DNA of 64,000 bases from Schmidtea polychroa (lineage: Eukaryota): the NCBI GenBank assembly GCA_044892525.1, contig CM097886.1, positions 130,882,001 through 130,946,000 of the forward strand. Reading direction: 5' to 3'. The position numbers and the translations under genes were made by a program. Below, piece by piece: positions 35,927 through 49,819 of this stretch (position 1 is the first letter of the stretch; each line of letters begins with the position of its first letter). The notes beneath the pieces are model-generated. The model worked only from the letters and a program-made list of their open reading frames with translations. It searched no databases and was not told where the DNA came from.

Positions 35927-36229
35927 TTATTCGTCATCAGAGTCCAACAGAACGGGACTTTGAATGCCACAGTCCCATTCCCTGCGTACATTGCAAGGCG
36001 GGCGTCGTTCAAACCTACTGCCTGTATCCACACAGGCAAAGGTACGTTTCAATCCCTTTCGACGCGGTAACAAAGGGACCCTGAAAAAGAAATTAAAAAA
36101 CCTGTTAGTATAGCAGTCAAATAACCATTGCATAACATCGAGATGCTCAAACTTAGGTTCTGGGACAGCCTAAAATAGTAAGGGTTGAAAAGAAAAATGA
36201 AATAAATACTATGTAAAACTCCGTACCAT
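35927..36229 (-). CDS. Antisense spliced ORF inside the LTR element (about 66 aa if the ATG at 36229 is the start)
   Basis: Exons 36229-36227 (ATG), 36169-36126, 36080-35927; GT-AG introns of 57 and 45 nt; reads MAVPEPKFEHLDVMQWVPLLPRRKGLKRTFACVDTGSRFERRPPCNVRREWDCGIQSPVLLDSDDE*; AATAAA at 35919-35914. Confidence 0.55.
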
Positions 36230-36760
36230 GGCGCCCTCGACAAATAATTAGTGCAGGGAAGTAATTGATTTTAAGAATTACGTAATAAATTAATAAGTAT
36301 AAATACGGCTAAAATTGTCAGAAAAATACGAGTAGCTGTAATTAGAGGTTTGCTTTTAGTATAAATACAAAATCAAAAATCAAAAATATATGACCCAAAA
36401 CATGAGTGTGGTATAGGTAGTTGCATAAACAAATTAAAGTTAAAAAGTAAATAAGTTAATTTAATAAGCATCAATAAGTTAATTTAATAAGCAACACGAG
36501 CACTTGCAATCACCGGGGTTTGGCTACCCTGGACAGCGATTGCAAATGTTCGGTTACTATGAGGGTAGTTGAGGACAGCATGGTAAAAAGAATCACAAAT
36601 ACAAAAAATAACAAAAGATAAGTAATCACTTACGTCCATAGTAATTGAGGGATGGCGTTACTAAAATTCAAAAAAAAATATGAAAAAGAAAATATAAAAT
36701 GCTTACTTCAAGATGGGCAAGACAAAACTAACGAAAAGTGGTAAAGCAGAAACTTATATA

Positions 36761-36900
36761 GAACGCTTATCAGTACAGACTACGTTGACAAACTACAGGG
36801 TAATTAATTAGAAAGCTTATCAGCACGGCTACGTAAGAAACCACAGGGTAATTAATTATAGAGCCTATCGGTATCGGCTACGTCAAAAACCGCAGGATAA
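36761..36900. repeat. Degenerate tandem repeat, about 49 bp x3
   Basis: GCTTATCAG.AC.GCTACGT...AAAC.ACAGGGTAATTAATTA units. Confidence 0.7.
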
Positions 36901-37734
36901 GTAAAAATTCATTCGGAATATTAATGTTCATCGCAGATACCTTATCAGGCTGAGTAAACAAGTGATATCATGAGTCGGTCGGTGCGGGGGAGATTAACTT
37001 TTTACCATGCTGCGAGCGAAATAAACCAACAAGTTATTAATAACAAAAAATTATTTTTAAATCATATTATTAATAATAATGGTAATAATGATGAAAGAAA
37101 AAATATAAATAAAAAAATAAATAAATTACCTTGCGACTGGGAATAAATTAGACAAATATTTTGCACATAAAAATCGATCAAACCGTAAAGACACACACAC
37201 AGACAGACACACAAGCATATCCCATCAACTGCTCAACTCTGTTATTAACCACAATTTTATCCATATTCTTGGTAAACCGTATTCATCTTGAACAATAACA
37301 ACAACCACAGCTAATATCATCGCGCTACTAACAATATAGTATAAGAAATTTTCAATAAATTTTACTGTTGATTTCCACCAAAGTCACCAGTCTAATCAAT
37401 TAATGAATTCATAAACTCTCACACAAAAATTGTAAAAATGCAAATTGTAACAAAATATAATTTAATCAGATACTATTAAAAAATTTCTTTTTATTCTCAC
37501 CACATAACCAAAATAGGAGCAATATACACTTTCAAAATGCAGGAATATCTTTTTAATATCCTGAAATAATAAACTAAATGTACTCTGTAATATCCTAAAA
37601 TAATTAATTTCAATACTCTGAAACTACAATAACCTTAACAGACTGTCGTTAGTCTACTCAATTTATTAATTTTTAATAGACGTCAGATAAAAATTATTTC
37701 CCTCAATTAATAGACGCCCCGATAATCGGATAAA

Positions 37735-37821
37735 TAATAATAATAATAATAATATTGATAAAATAATAATATTGATAATAATAATGGTAATGATAGTGGT
37801 AATAACAGTAATAATTATAAC

Positions 37822-37867
<46 letters not shown>

Positions 37868-37895
37868 TTGATAGTAGTAATAATAATAGTAGTAG
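37735..37895. repeat. (AAT)n/(AGT)n compound microsatellite
   Basis: Direct reading. Confidence 0.9.
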
Positions 37896-39935
37896 TAGTA
37901 ATTTTTCAAGTTTATTTCTCATTTAAATTGATATCTCTAACATTTCAGGGAACTGCAAATATTATTACTCTTTCGTAATTTTCAAATAATTTCCAACTAT
38001 AATTTGCAAGCATTACACAAATGCCTAAATATTATTTTAAATGCTCAATTATATCCACTCAAATCCTCATGCTAATAAATAACAAGATTAATAACAATTT
38101 TATACAAATCATTGAATTGCTTTATAATTGCCGATATTTCATAACATCACATATAATTGTTACATAAAATGAATAAATAATAAACCTACTTCAATCTTAA
38201 AAAATATAAATTAATAAACCAAAAAAAAATCATTTGCTAAAAATATTTCAGAATATAAAAAGATTTTCATTATTTTATTGAACCTTCGATTTGAGCTGGA
38301 ATTCTGAGATTTGATCGACAGATTATAAATATATATCTCAAACCTGTGCTATAATTTTCATAATTCAATGTTGTCAGTGCATATCGATTTTTCCCCAACT
38401 TATCAATCATCGGTTTTAAGAATCAATGACTAAGAATAATTCGAATCTTTATACAATTAATACAAAAAAAAATAAAAATTAATCTAACCATTTTGTGTTT
38501 CTTCTTCAACGTTTTGTAGCATGCATGGTTTTTATAACCCAATCGTCAACCATAAATAAGTGTGAATGAAATTTAAGCCAAACTCTAATATAAAAAATAA
38601 ATATATTGTTGTTAAATTCGTTTAAATCAAGTGATTGAATTTTCATTTCCTGCTTTTAAAAAGCTATATTTTCTCTCTTTCAGCCGTTGACAAATGGCCA
38701 ATCAAATTGAAGAGAGTGTGTGTCATCAAAATTATTAGAGACACGACAATAATGATTTTATAAGCATCTCTTGTACATGTACACATGGAGAGAAATAATT
38801 TCATTACCATTACATACATACAACTGCAAACTGATTGGGTGTTGTATATTTTATTTACTTTCTGACAAAAATTAATCAGCAAATCCCATTAATCACCTCT
38901 ATTTTGTTTACATTGGCCAATCTCGGTTTACACGAGCAATTACGAAAAAGATTTATCTTATCTCTTTTTCAAGGCGTTTTGAGTCCATGATCGGCAATTG
39001 CCCGAAGCCGAATATATCGAAGAGAAAAAAAAATCCCCATTGATTAGAAATGTCTGATAACGACAGAACTAATACAATTAGAATATATTTAAAATCAAGA
39101 CCATTTTTTCAATTCAAACAGAAAATGTTTTTGGGTTTATAACAAAGGTATCGAAATGTTATATTTCTCTACAAAAAAATATATATATATATAATTACAC
39201 AATGTGAAATTTATCCTGAAGCTTATAGGATTGAAATTTTTAATTTATAAATTTTAAATCAAACTTATAATTTTAAAATGTATTATAAAATAAGGGGCAA
39301 ATTATAGTCGACACCATAAATAAGTCTTTTGAAAACTGTATTACTAAAAATGAAATGAAACTGTGATAGTACATTTTTATTTCAGTGAAACAAAAATAAA
39401 ATAAAAACAATTGCGCAAATAAGATTTGGACCGTGGATCCATTTCAGAGTGACGTTTTGGCTACGGGAATATCAACAAATGCAAATGGGAAATTAATAGG
39501 TCTTTTGGAAAATGAATTTTGAAAGTCGATTATTGCAATTTATTTGATTTACTATAAATTACCTGAAGTTATTGGGCAAATATTTGTTTGGGAAATATTT
39601 AAATAATTAATAATTTAGCCTTATTTTATTTAATGTATAATATATAATAAGTTAAACTAAAATCTTTAAATATAATTTAAAATAATTAAAACCAATAAAA
39701 TCAATAATTAATTAATTCATAGAGCAATTAAAATATAAAATTAATCTGAAAAATTAAAATGTCACGGTTGAATAAAAAAAAATATATCTTGAAGTAATAA
39801 TTCGGATAAATAGTAATAATAATAATAAGGGTAATATTAATAATAATAATAATAGTGATAATAATGACAACAATAATAATAATAATAATACATAATCACA
39901 GCAAAACATAGATTTCGAGAACGAAAAAATTTTTT

Positions 39936-39945
39936 AAGGGGGAGA
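39936..39945 (+). other. Polypurine tract
   Basis: AAGGGGGAGA, 2 nt upstream of the 3' LTR TGT. Confidence 0.85.
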
Positions 39946-39947
39946 TA

Positions 39948-41041
39948 TGTTGAGGTCTGTAAATTAAAATTAAAAATTTAAATAAAATTTAGGATAATAA
40001 TTCAAATGGAAAGTAAGCGAGGAAAAAAGGCAAATAAAAGCGGGATCGTGCACAGAATCAATAGTAAAGGAAAGTGTGACGGAAACAGTAATAGAAAATG
40101 CAAAAAGCAATTACGAAAGGCGAGAATCTGGAAATCCGAGAAAAATCAATAAATGGAAAAATCATCGAAATCGAATGGGAAAAACGGGACAGGTATAGAT
40201 TAGCTAATGGTCAACAAGATGATGGTTAGGGATTTATCAGAAAAGGGTTAGGAAGGGTCGAAAAACATTCAAACGTATGAAAACAGAAAACGTTAATTAA
40301 TTAATTAATTGGCTAATGGAAAACCCGAGCTAATGGGAAACCCGAGCCAATGGAGAACCCGAGAGACAAAGGAAACCCGAGCCAATGGAGAACCCGAGAG
40401 ACAAAGGAAACCCGAGCTGGGTAAACAAGAAGAAAGGCAAACAAAAGGAAGATTTGGGCCCATTAGCTTGACACAATGATTAATGGGAAAAGAGTAAGGA
40501 GAAGATAGCGCGCGTAGGAAGACCGGTAGGGCCATTAATTATCTGGATTCGTTGGACCATTATGGATGACAGCCGAAGCAAACACGTAGGAGAAAATGTC
40601 AAACGAAAGATTGGCTCGGCAATAACCATTTGTCATCCTGATTTCGAGGAGTATATAAGCAAAGGGAAAATCAGAGAAAATCGGCATTTTGCCTCAGGTA
40701 GGGTAAGAAGAATCGAGAATAGTCGAGAGGTAAAAACGAATATAGAGAAGTAGGGAAAAGAAGAGATAGAATTAAGAATACTAAAAGGTAAAAAGGAATC
40801 AAACCAAACAGAAGCCGAGGAAAACGAGAGTCAAGAGAATCGAAAGGATCGAAAGGTGAATATCATTTGTTTGCAAAGCATCAACGCCGAGCGGAGAATC
40901 GTATAAAACTTTGATTGGTAATTGTAGCGTGATAATAAATTGTGAACCTGTTGTTTCAATATACGTTGGGTCGTTCATTGTTTTGATTTAAAGAACACAG
41001 GAGTCAGAGAGAACCGACTTGAAATAATCCAAAACCCAACA
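39948..41041 (+). repeat. 3' LTR (complete, 1094 bp)
   Basis: TGTTGAGG...CCCAACA followed by TSD GCTT; AATAAA at 40934. Confidence 0.97.
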
Positions 41042-41850
41042 GCTTTATTTTGTTTGATTTCTCATTTCATGCTTCTTTTTACTTCCGTTTTCTTTTCTGA
41101 ATTCCCATAGATCGTCCCGTTTGCCAGGTAATTTTATTTATTTTTCATATTATTTATTATTCAGGTATCCTCAACAAGTTCAACAATAATTGAACCCATG
41201 CGGAAAATCATTACCATATAAGTAAGAATTAAAATATTCACATAGAGACATTAATTGCGATTTTCCATAAAAATGCATAAGTAAAATAGTAGATTCTATA
41301 CTGCAGATAAACTAATATTTCTAGAAATCATTTAATTCAACTAAAAGTATTCAGACATTCAAACGGTTAGTAGATTTAAAAACTGATACTTATCTTCCAA
41401 AATCACCAGCTTCGAAATTATGTTGAGCATTCGTCATCTTGAGATTTATTTGATTCAAAAACTTTGAGCATAAAGTGTGAACATCTCGATATTGGAGAAT
41501 CCGTTTAGTGTAACACTCGAGCATATACGGTTTGATTGAAAAAAAACCTTGAGCAATTGTTAATTAACTTCATCTGATTCAAAAGTTGGGGGGGCATATA
41601 ACATTTGAGTTTAAAAACTTCGAACATATAAATATTTAGCTTCATTCGATTCAAAAGCTTGCATATGGAATTTAATTTAAAATACGTGACCATATTGATA
41701 TCTAAAACATCTTTTGTTTTTCAAACTTCCAATCACTTGAAATTATAAATTAGAGCCTGCCTATAATTATCAGACTTGGAGCTAAATAAAAAATCATTAA
41801 AATTTTCTAAAATTATTAGATAAGAAATTGAATATATAATTTATAAAATA

Positions 41851-42262
41851 CTAGCTGGGGTACCAGGCGTTGCACGATTTAAAAAATAGTAAACAGAGTT
41901 TTTCTTTGGGGCATGAGTTCTCTGAAGAAAAATTGTAATTGCTTATATATAAAAATGGTACTTACAAATTAATTTAGTATTTTAAAAAATTAAAAAGAGG
42001 AAATTGTTAAATTAATATTAAATATTTAATATCAATATTAGAATGATTTTATATTACAAACAAAATTTTGTATTGAAAATGTATAAAAACGGAATAAATA
42101 TAGGGTTAAGGTACCCTAGGTGTGGTCCTCTGGGGTTGAAACATAGCATATGACTTGTCCCGAGTCAAATGAGGACCACATGCAAAATTTCAGTACCCTA
42201 GGTCCAACTGTGGGGTATTCTATGGGTAACAAACAGACAAATTTTTCACCTTTATATATTAA
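41851..42262 (-). mobile_element. Second copy of the non-autonomous Helitron-type element
   Basis: 42110-42262 is the reverse complement of a close match to 11189-11335; CTAG|T end at 41851. Confidence 0.7.
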
Positions 42263-43096
42263 ATTTATTTCAATCTCAAATTTTCACTTTTTCTTCGAAT
42301 TGACTTCGGTTGCAGTTTCAAGGGTATTTTTCTGTATCTCAATAATTATGGTGGGGTTTTCAAGTTGCCTGGTAGCTTATTTGTAGCTTATTTTCTAGTT
42401 TCACTGTGAAATTCATTTATTTCTCATTTAACAGAAGCTTCAACCTTCAAAAATAGAGTCTGCTGAGTGAATTGTTGAATTGAGTCCCGAAAGTGTTCAG
42501 TTGAAATTCCTGGTAATTCTGTCCTTCCTTTAAATTTACATTTTAAATTCTTGTTTTTTCTTCATTCAGTGTATATTTTGAATATTTTTTATTCGTTTTC
42601 ATTCTATCTTTGCTCTTTGTATTTTCCACGAAATCTATTATGGTTTTCCCTGTTGGGTAAATAACTAACTGATTTTCCTCAGTTTCTGCTCAACACACGG
42701 ATGGTAAAAAGTAAAATAATCATGAAGATTTCTAGGAAATAGTTGATGACAAATCTATCAGCAACCATAGAACATTTAAACGACACCACACTATACGCCA
42801 GCAGTACTTGTGTTAGCATTTATACTTAATTATTGTTCCTACCCCAAACATATTTTGTAAAATAAAATTCACAATAATCAAATTGTTATTTATATTACTA
42901 AATAAAATTATATTTAAGTAAAAATAAAAATTTATATGATTTAAGCTGCATATTGTTTTAATGGATCAGTTAATATAATATATTCCGAATTTGAATTCGT
43001 TTTGTACATTTCTTTGATATTATTTAACTTTATTTTTACCAGAAAAATTATTCCAAATTTGATGGAGTAAATTATTATTTGTATAATTCTTATTGA

Positions 43097-43813
43097 ATGC
43101 CAAATAGCGAGGAATTCGAATTATTCAAGGATGCAATCAGATCTGGATCGACAGAATTATTCAATAGATATTTCAAAGAGGAATATTTAGAGCGAGAGGT
43201 TGATATCAATTTTTATTTAATGAATTCGAATTTGATATGGGGGATAATTACTATCATATTATTACCAGTACCAATACGAGGCCAATACGAGCACTGCTCC
43301 TACTCAATGTATCTCAAGGTGCACAGAAACCATAATCAATTTTAATTAATTTTCTAAAATTTTCGAATTTTGACTTAAGTTATTTTCCTATAGTTTATTA
43401 TGATTTTTAATAAGGATAATTTATTTGTATCTTTATTGTTCTTTTCTATAAAAATATTGTTACAAAATCATGCATTTATTATTTCACTGTATTTGAAAGG
43501 TCGTAAATTTTGTTCCTTGCCTAGGGGGAAAGTTTGGATTGTCCTGACTGTGACTGCTGATTTACTTTCTATTAAATTTTAACTATTTATTATTCAGGAC
43601 TGGGATTTGAAACGGCCAATTCATCACGCATGCGAATGTGGACAGACAGAAATTGCCAAAATACTTATTGATTACAATTGTAATATAAAGGCACTTGATA
43701 AGGTACATTTTGCTGGTAATTTAATGGATTTTATTTATTTAACATTTCATTTACTTTCATTACAACTGTAGGTAAATTAAGTTTCATGTGTAACATAAAT
43801 TTGACCTATGTCC

Positions 43814-43893
<80 letters not shown>

Positions 43894-46800
43894 AATTCCT
43901 CAATTTACGCTGTAGATACGTTCCAAGAAACTAATGGGCAAATCGAAACCGCGTAAATCGAGGCTTCAAATTCATACAAAAATAATAGATGGGTTCCAGA
44001 AAATCGCGTAAAACGAGGCATAAAAATACAATTTTATTTAGAAATAGATTTAAAAAATCGACATTTAAATTTTAAAATCGCTACTATCTTCGGATTCAAA
44101 CCCAGCAGCGTGCTCTTCTTCTCGTTTTATTAAATAGTCTGTAAACAATTTTTGTGTTTTGTTTTTTTAAAAATCTTTGTAAATTTCACTGTATTGCACG
44201 CAAAGGCTTTTAATGTCTAGCTGAAATTTAACAGCACGGTCAATATCAGGATCAGTGGCCAAAACCTTATTTTCTAAGTTACTGGCCAATTGTAAATTAT
44301 AAACAAGCAAATCTTGGGCGAAACACGTGCACTCCACAACATAATATTTGACGTACTGCAGGCGTAATGGAGTGGGTTACAGACGTCTAGTCGTTGTCAT
44401 GCATTTGAGAGACACTTGCCACTAAATATGTTTGATTTAATTAAAAAAATATTATTTTGTATGACCGTGTAAAATGGGTAATATTATACTGTAATATTAT
44501 ACTGTATGTGATATTCTTATTTTTGTTATTTGGTGATGCAATTATCACTGTCACTTACACATGATCTAGGTCATCACTACACACAAAATATGCACATAGC
44601 GCCGATGAGCCCTATTCCGGATTTACCTATAGGCAGACTAGGCACTGCCTAGGGGCCCGCAGTTTTGGGGGCCCCAAAATCGAAATCATCTAAGGGGCCA
44701 CAAAAAAAATATTTTTTTTAATGTATTTTTTATATACTAAAATATAAAAAAATTAAAATACAGTATAAAATACATGTATTATATAAAGAATTAAAAAAAC
44801 ATTGTACGTATTTTTTTATTTAAGGAAATTTTCTAAAATATCAACAATTTGGGGCCCCAATAATTTTAAAAGTTATTATAGTTGAAAAAATATTTTTTCT
44901 TTATTTCCGCAACCTCCAAGGGGGTTATAATTAGTGGAGTTTGTCGGTTGAAATTTGCGAAGGCGGGAATCGAATTGTTATTTTGTAGAAACATATTTTT
45001 TTGGAGTGTTGGTAAAAATTTTATACACAAAAGAAAAAAATTATTTCAAAGGAAATCGGCTTAAAAATAAAAAATTTAAAATAAAGCAATTTTAGGACGA
45101 AGTGAGGCTTTTTTTTAATTGATTAATTGTTAAGATCTAGGTATAGTATAAAAATATTAAAATTATTTAATCAATTTAATTAAAAAATACTTTAATTAAA
45201 TTTAAGATAGAATGAAACGAAACTACGCAAGCGGAGCGTTTAAAAGGAAGAAAAAAGCAGAGAGAGAAGAAGAAATTAAGAAAATTCCTAAGCTAGATTG
45301 TTTTTTCACTAAAGATTCTGCAACTGAAAGTGAATTTGTAGCACAAGAAGATCGGCACCAAAGCGACCAAATAGAGGTCTCTTCCAGTACTTCAAATCAA
45401 CCTATTTTCACTGGAAGTTCAAATCAAGTTTTTAATTATTTCGAAAATAATTTGGAGCTGGTAGATAACATTAATAATGAAAATTTAGTGGAATCCCTGA
45501 TTGAATCATCTCCAAATGCAAATCGTGAGAATGACGTAGGATTATGGAGAGAATTGTCTTCTGAAGACACTTTGTACTGGATTGAGAAGGGCCCTGAAAG
45601 TTGCCAACATTCAACAGAAAACTTTCATTCTTCCAAACAGCTCTATAATGACAATACTGTTCGATATTGCTCTAAGACTTTATTCTTTGATGAAAAAACA
45701 AATGGAGAAAAGTACACTCGCGAATGGCTTGTATATTCGCCTAAAATTGGAAATGTTTTTTGTTTTGTTTGCAAATTACTCACTGCTTCAAATTTCAATT
45801 TAGCAACCAATGGCCTGCGAGATTGGAAAAATGCTGGTTCCTCAATCAAAAGCCATCAAAACTCTTCTGAACATCGTAATGCTTTAGTTACATAGTTAAC
45901 TAGAAAAAGTAACTATTCTGTGTCGGATCAATTGCAAAAAGAAATACAACAAGAAAGGATTTACTGGAGAAAAGTCTTAGAACGAGTTGTAGCTGTTATT
46001 TGCACCATTGTTGAACGAAATTTACCATTTCGAGGATCAAATGAAATTTTTGGAATGGAAGGAAGTGGCAATTTCATTGGACTCTTGGAACTTATTGCAA
46101 AATTTGATCCATTTTTAGCAGAGCACATTAGAAAGTTTGGTAATCCAGGATCTGGAAAAACTTCTTATCTCTCTAAAACAATTTTTGAGGAATTGCTCGA
46201 TCTGATGGCAAAAACAGTATTGAAGTCGATTTCTGATGACATCAAACAATCAAAATATTTTGGAATGTCTGTGGATTCCACCCCTGATATATCACACAAA
46301 GATCAATTGTGCATGATTATCAGATACGTTGATCAAATCAATTTTAAACCAATCGAGCGATTCTTAAACTTTATTGAGATAGAGAATCACACTGGAGAAT
46401 ATTTAGCTGACATTTCATTGGAATTTTTTGAAAAGGATATTGGGTTAAATTTTCAAGATTGCCGATCACAATCGTATGACAACGCTATGAATATGGCCGG
46501 AAAATACAAAGGAATGAGGGCAAAAGTTCTTGAAAAAAATGATAAAGCAATTTTTTTACCGTGCAGTGCTCATTCTTTGAATTTGGTTGGAAATTCAGGT
46601 GCGGACTGTTGCATAGAATCAATCAATTTTTTCGGATTAATTCAGGAAATTTACAATTTTTTTTCATCGTCTACTAAGAGATGGAACAAGTTAGTTGAAT
46701 TTTCAAATAGAACGGTAAAATCGTTATCAAAGACTAGATGGAGTGCTCGTTCTGAGTCAGTTAAGGTCATTCACAAAAACTATGAAAATGTAATGGAAGC

Positions 46801-49270
46801 ACTAAATGCCATCATTGAAGATGCAAATTTTGATGGAAACACTAGAAATGAAGCAAATAATTTATTGAATAAAATGGAGGAGTTTGAATTCGCACTTCTC
46901 GTTATATTTTGAGATCAGGTTCTAGAGAGAATGAATGCAGTTTCAAAAAATTTGCAAAGTCCTAAAGTCACATTAGACGTTTGTTCTTCGTTATATGCAT
47001 CTCTAGCTTCATATATTACAAATTTGAAAAATAGCTTTGATGAAATTAAAATTGAAGCTAAAAAATTGTTACCAAACACTGACTACACTGTCAAGAGAAA
47101 GGGATTTAAAAAGAAATTTCCAGATGAAGATCAAACTACCACAGAACCAGAAATTAGTGCTAAAGAGAACTTTCTAAACAACGTCTTCATGAAAATTTTA
47201 GAAAACATCGAAAATAATTTGATTCAGCGCTCTGATTGTTACTTGGAAATTTCTAAAGTGTTTGGTTTTTTGACAAATATTGAATTGTCGCAAGAAGATT
47301 TGAAACAACATGTGAATAACGTTGTTGAAAAATATCCAGATGATATAGACGATTCACTTTTTTTCGAGTTACTACAATTTCACGAATATATCAGGAACGA
47401 TTGGCCAAATGATCATCCAAATCATTTGAGTTTCTACGAGATAATTAAGGAAAAAAATTTGGAAATTGCTTTTCCAAATTTGGAAACAATTTTAAGAATT
47501 TTTTTGTGTCTAATGATTGCTAATTGCACTGGCGAAAGAAGTTTCTCAAAATTGAAGCTGATTAAAAATTTTTTGAGGTCAACGATGAGTCAAAAAATTT
47601 TGAATAATTTGGCCTTATTATCTTGTAACATTGATAAATTGAAAGCTATTGATTTTGATTCATTGATTGATCAATATGCTCTAGAAAAATTTAGAAAGAA
47701 AGTTTTGTAAAATTATATTTTTGACATGACATATGTATCTTATTTTTTAACGGAATTATTTAATAAATATATTTCAAAATATAAATAGGTAGTAAATAAT
47801 TATTTCTTAAATACTTTTAGCAAATAAAATAACCTACATAATTTCCTTGAAATATACTAATTAATTTTGAGGGCCCCAAAAAGCTCCTTTGCCTAGGGCC
47901 AACAAATGCTTAAATCCGGCCCTGGATGAGCCACACACTCACAAATATATCATACCAGCCTTACTGTGGAAAGTATATCCAATCTAATGACAATAAATTT
48001 ATTGGGGAAACTAATAGAAAATTTTGATGCCATTCCCTTTGTTACATCTTGGATGAACCAGAATATGCATATACAAAGCATGGTGTGTTAAATTTGAACT
48101 TATCAGCTTTTGTGCAATAAATGTTTGACTTTGTTATATATATAAAATAAAAGATTTAATTTATCTTGCAGTGGGGTCGTGAGCCAATTCATTTCGCATG
48201 CAGTGCAGAGCATATAGAAATTATGAAGTTATTGATTGATCACAATTGTGATATTGAGTCACGTGATAAGGTTATGTTTTAGTTAATATTAATTGATTTT
48301 TAATTATTTACTCTACAGTGGAATCAGCGGCCAATTCACTATGCAAGTGAGCGTGGACGTACAGAAACAGTCAAACTGCTGATTGATCATCATTGTGATA
48401 TTGAGGCACGAGATGGGGTGAATTTTGTTGATTATTTAATATTTTTTATTTACTTACATTCCAGTGGGATCGGGCACCAGTTCATCGCGCATGTGAGCGT
48501 GGACACACAGAAATTGTAAAATTACTAATTGATCAACATTGTGATATAGAGATAAGTGATAAAGTATATTTTGCCAATTATTTAATAATTTGTATTTATT
48601 TACTTTTCAGTTGGGTTATCGATCCTTTCATTACGCATGCAAATCAGGGTGCATAGAAACAGTAAAACTGTTGATTGATCACCATTGTGATATTGAAGCA
48701 TGTGATATGGTGAATTTTGCTGATACTTTACTAATTTTTAATTATATACCTTTCAGTGGGATCAGCGGCCAATTCATTGCGCATGTGAGCATGGGAGGAC
48801 AGAAATTGTAAAATCACTTATTGATCACCACTGTGATATTGAGGCACGTGATAAGGTGCATATTGTTAATTAATTAATAATTTTTATTTATCTACCTTTC
48901 AGTGGAATCGACGGCCAATTCATCTTTCATGTAGTGCATGTCGCACAGAAACAGTCAAACTTCTCCTTTCTTGCAATTGTGATATTGAAGCTCGTGATGA
49001 GGTACATTTTCACATTATTTAGTGATTTATATTTATTTACATTTTAGTGGGATCAGCAACCAATTCATCTCGCCTGCCACGCGGAGCGCACTGAAACAGT
49101 CAAAATACTAGTTGAACACCATTGTGATCTTGAGACGCGCGATCGAGTAAATTTTGCTTTCAATCCAGCTGATAACTAATCTCTTTCGTTCATTTCTTTA
49201 GTTTGGTAATACCCCTTTGGAAATCGCTATGAAAACAGGCAATGAAGGAATTATTCATATTCTGAATGGG
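43097..49270 (+). CDS. Ankyrin-repeat protein with one repeat per exon
   Basis: Phase-0 exons 43097-43198, 43598-43702, then 99-nt exons 48172-48270, 48319-48417, 48465-48563, 48611-48709, 48757-48855, 48903-49001, 49048-49146, and 49202-49270; consensus [25 protein letters not shown]. Confidence 0.88.
43816..43891. repeat. (TA)n microsatellite
   Basis: Direct reading. Confidence 0.98.
44612..47924 (+). mobile_element. hAT DNA transposon inserted in an ankyrin-gene intron
   Basis: Perfect 8-bp TSD GATGAGCC (44604-44611, 47925-47932); right TIR TAAATCCGGCCCTG; left TIR CTATTCCGGATTTA with damaged outer bases. Confidence 0.92.
45212..47710 (+). pseudogene. hAT transposase (ZMYM1-like), one frame with two nonsense codons (TAG 45893, TGA 46910)
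   Basis: WLVYS...[37 protein letters not shown], and [19 protein letters not shown]. Confidence 0.93.
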
Positions 49271-49818
49271 GTAATTTCTATCGTTTGTTATTTTGAATTA
49301 GTATAAATTAGTTTAAATTAGCTAACTATAACATTTTTAAAAAAAGTTTTTTAAATTATCATTATTGCTAGTAGTATATTGTGAACCCTTAACATCAAAG
49401 AGAAAATGCCGCCCACCACCCTACTATTTTTACCCCCTCCCCCTCATCTTTCCCCCCACAGTTATCTTGGCGGATTTCAAAGATTTATAGCTAATTCGAT
49501 TTACAACAACCTCCTTTACAAATTATTACTAGTGGTTTACAAAATTAAAAGAAATAAATAAAAATTTATTGAAAAACATAAACAATTAATTTTTATTCTT
49601 ATCAATCTCCTCCTCCGATTTTGGCAACTAAATTTGTCAAGTAATGATTTAATTGAAAAAATCTTTTAATTTTTTCGACTACTATTAATTCTTTTTTAAT
49701 TCATATCGACAATTATTATCTTTTTTTAAGAATCAATTTTTCCATTCGCCATTGATAATAATTTGATCAATTCCATGTATAAATGTATTTTCAGAAATAT
49801 TAAATATAAAACCAACAC

Positions 49819-49819
<1 letters not shown>

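Larger units (their letters stand above)
26408..41041 (+). mobile_element. Gypsy/Metaviridae-type LTR element with env-like genes, lacking RT/RNase H/integrase (14,634 bp)
   Basis: Two LTRs identical except for 3 substitutions; TG...CA; TSD GCTT at 26404-26407 and 41042-41045; PPT AAGGGGGAGA at 39936-39945; CCHC Gag and DSG protease. Confidence 0.95.

Noticed and set aside
45893-46912. In-frame TAG/TGA in hAT transposases (also TGA at 19617) as a sign of read-through or an alternative genetic code
   Set aside because: Intact genes here use TGG for Trp and ordinary stops; the stops are one base from expected sense codons (TGG, CGA, TAY), so they are nonsense mutations.
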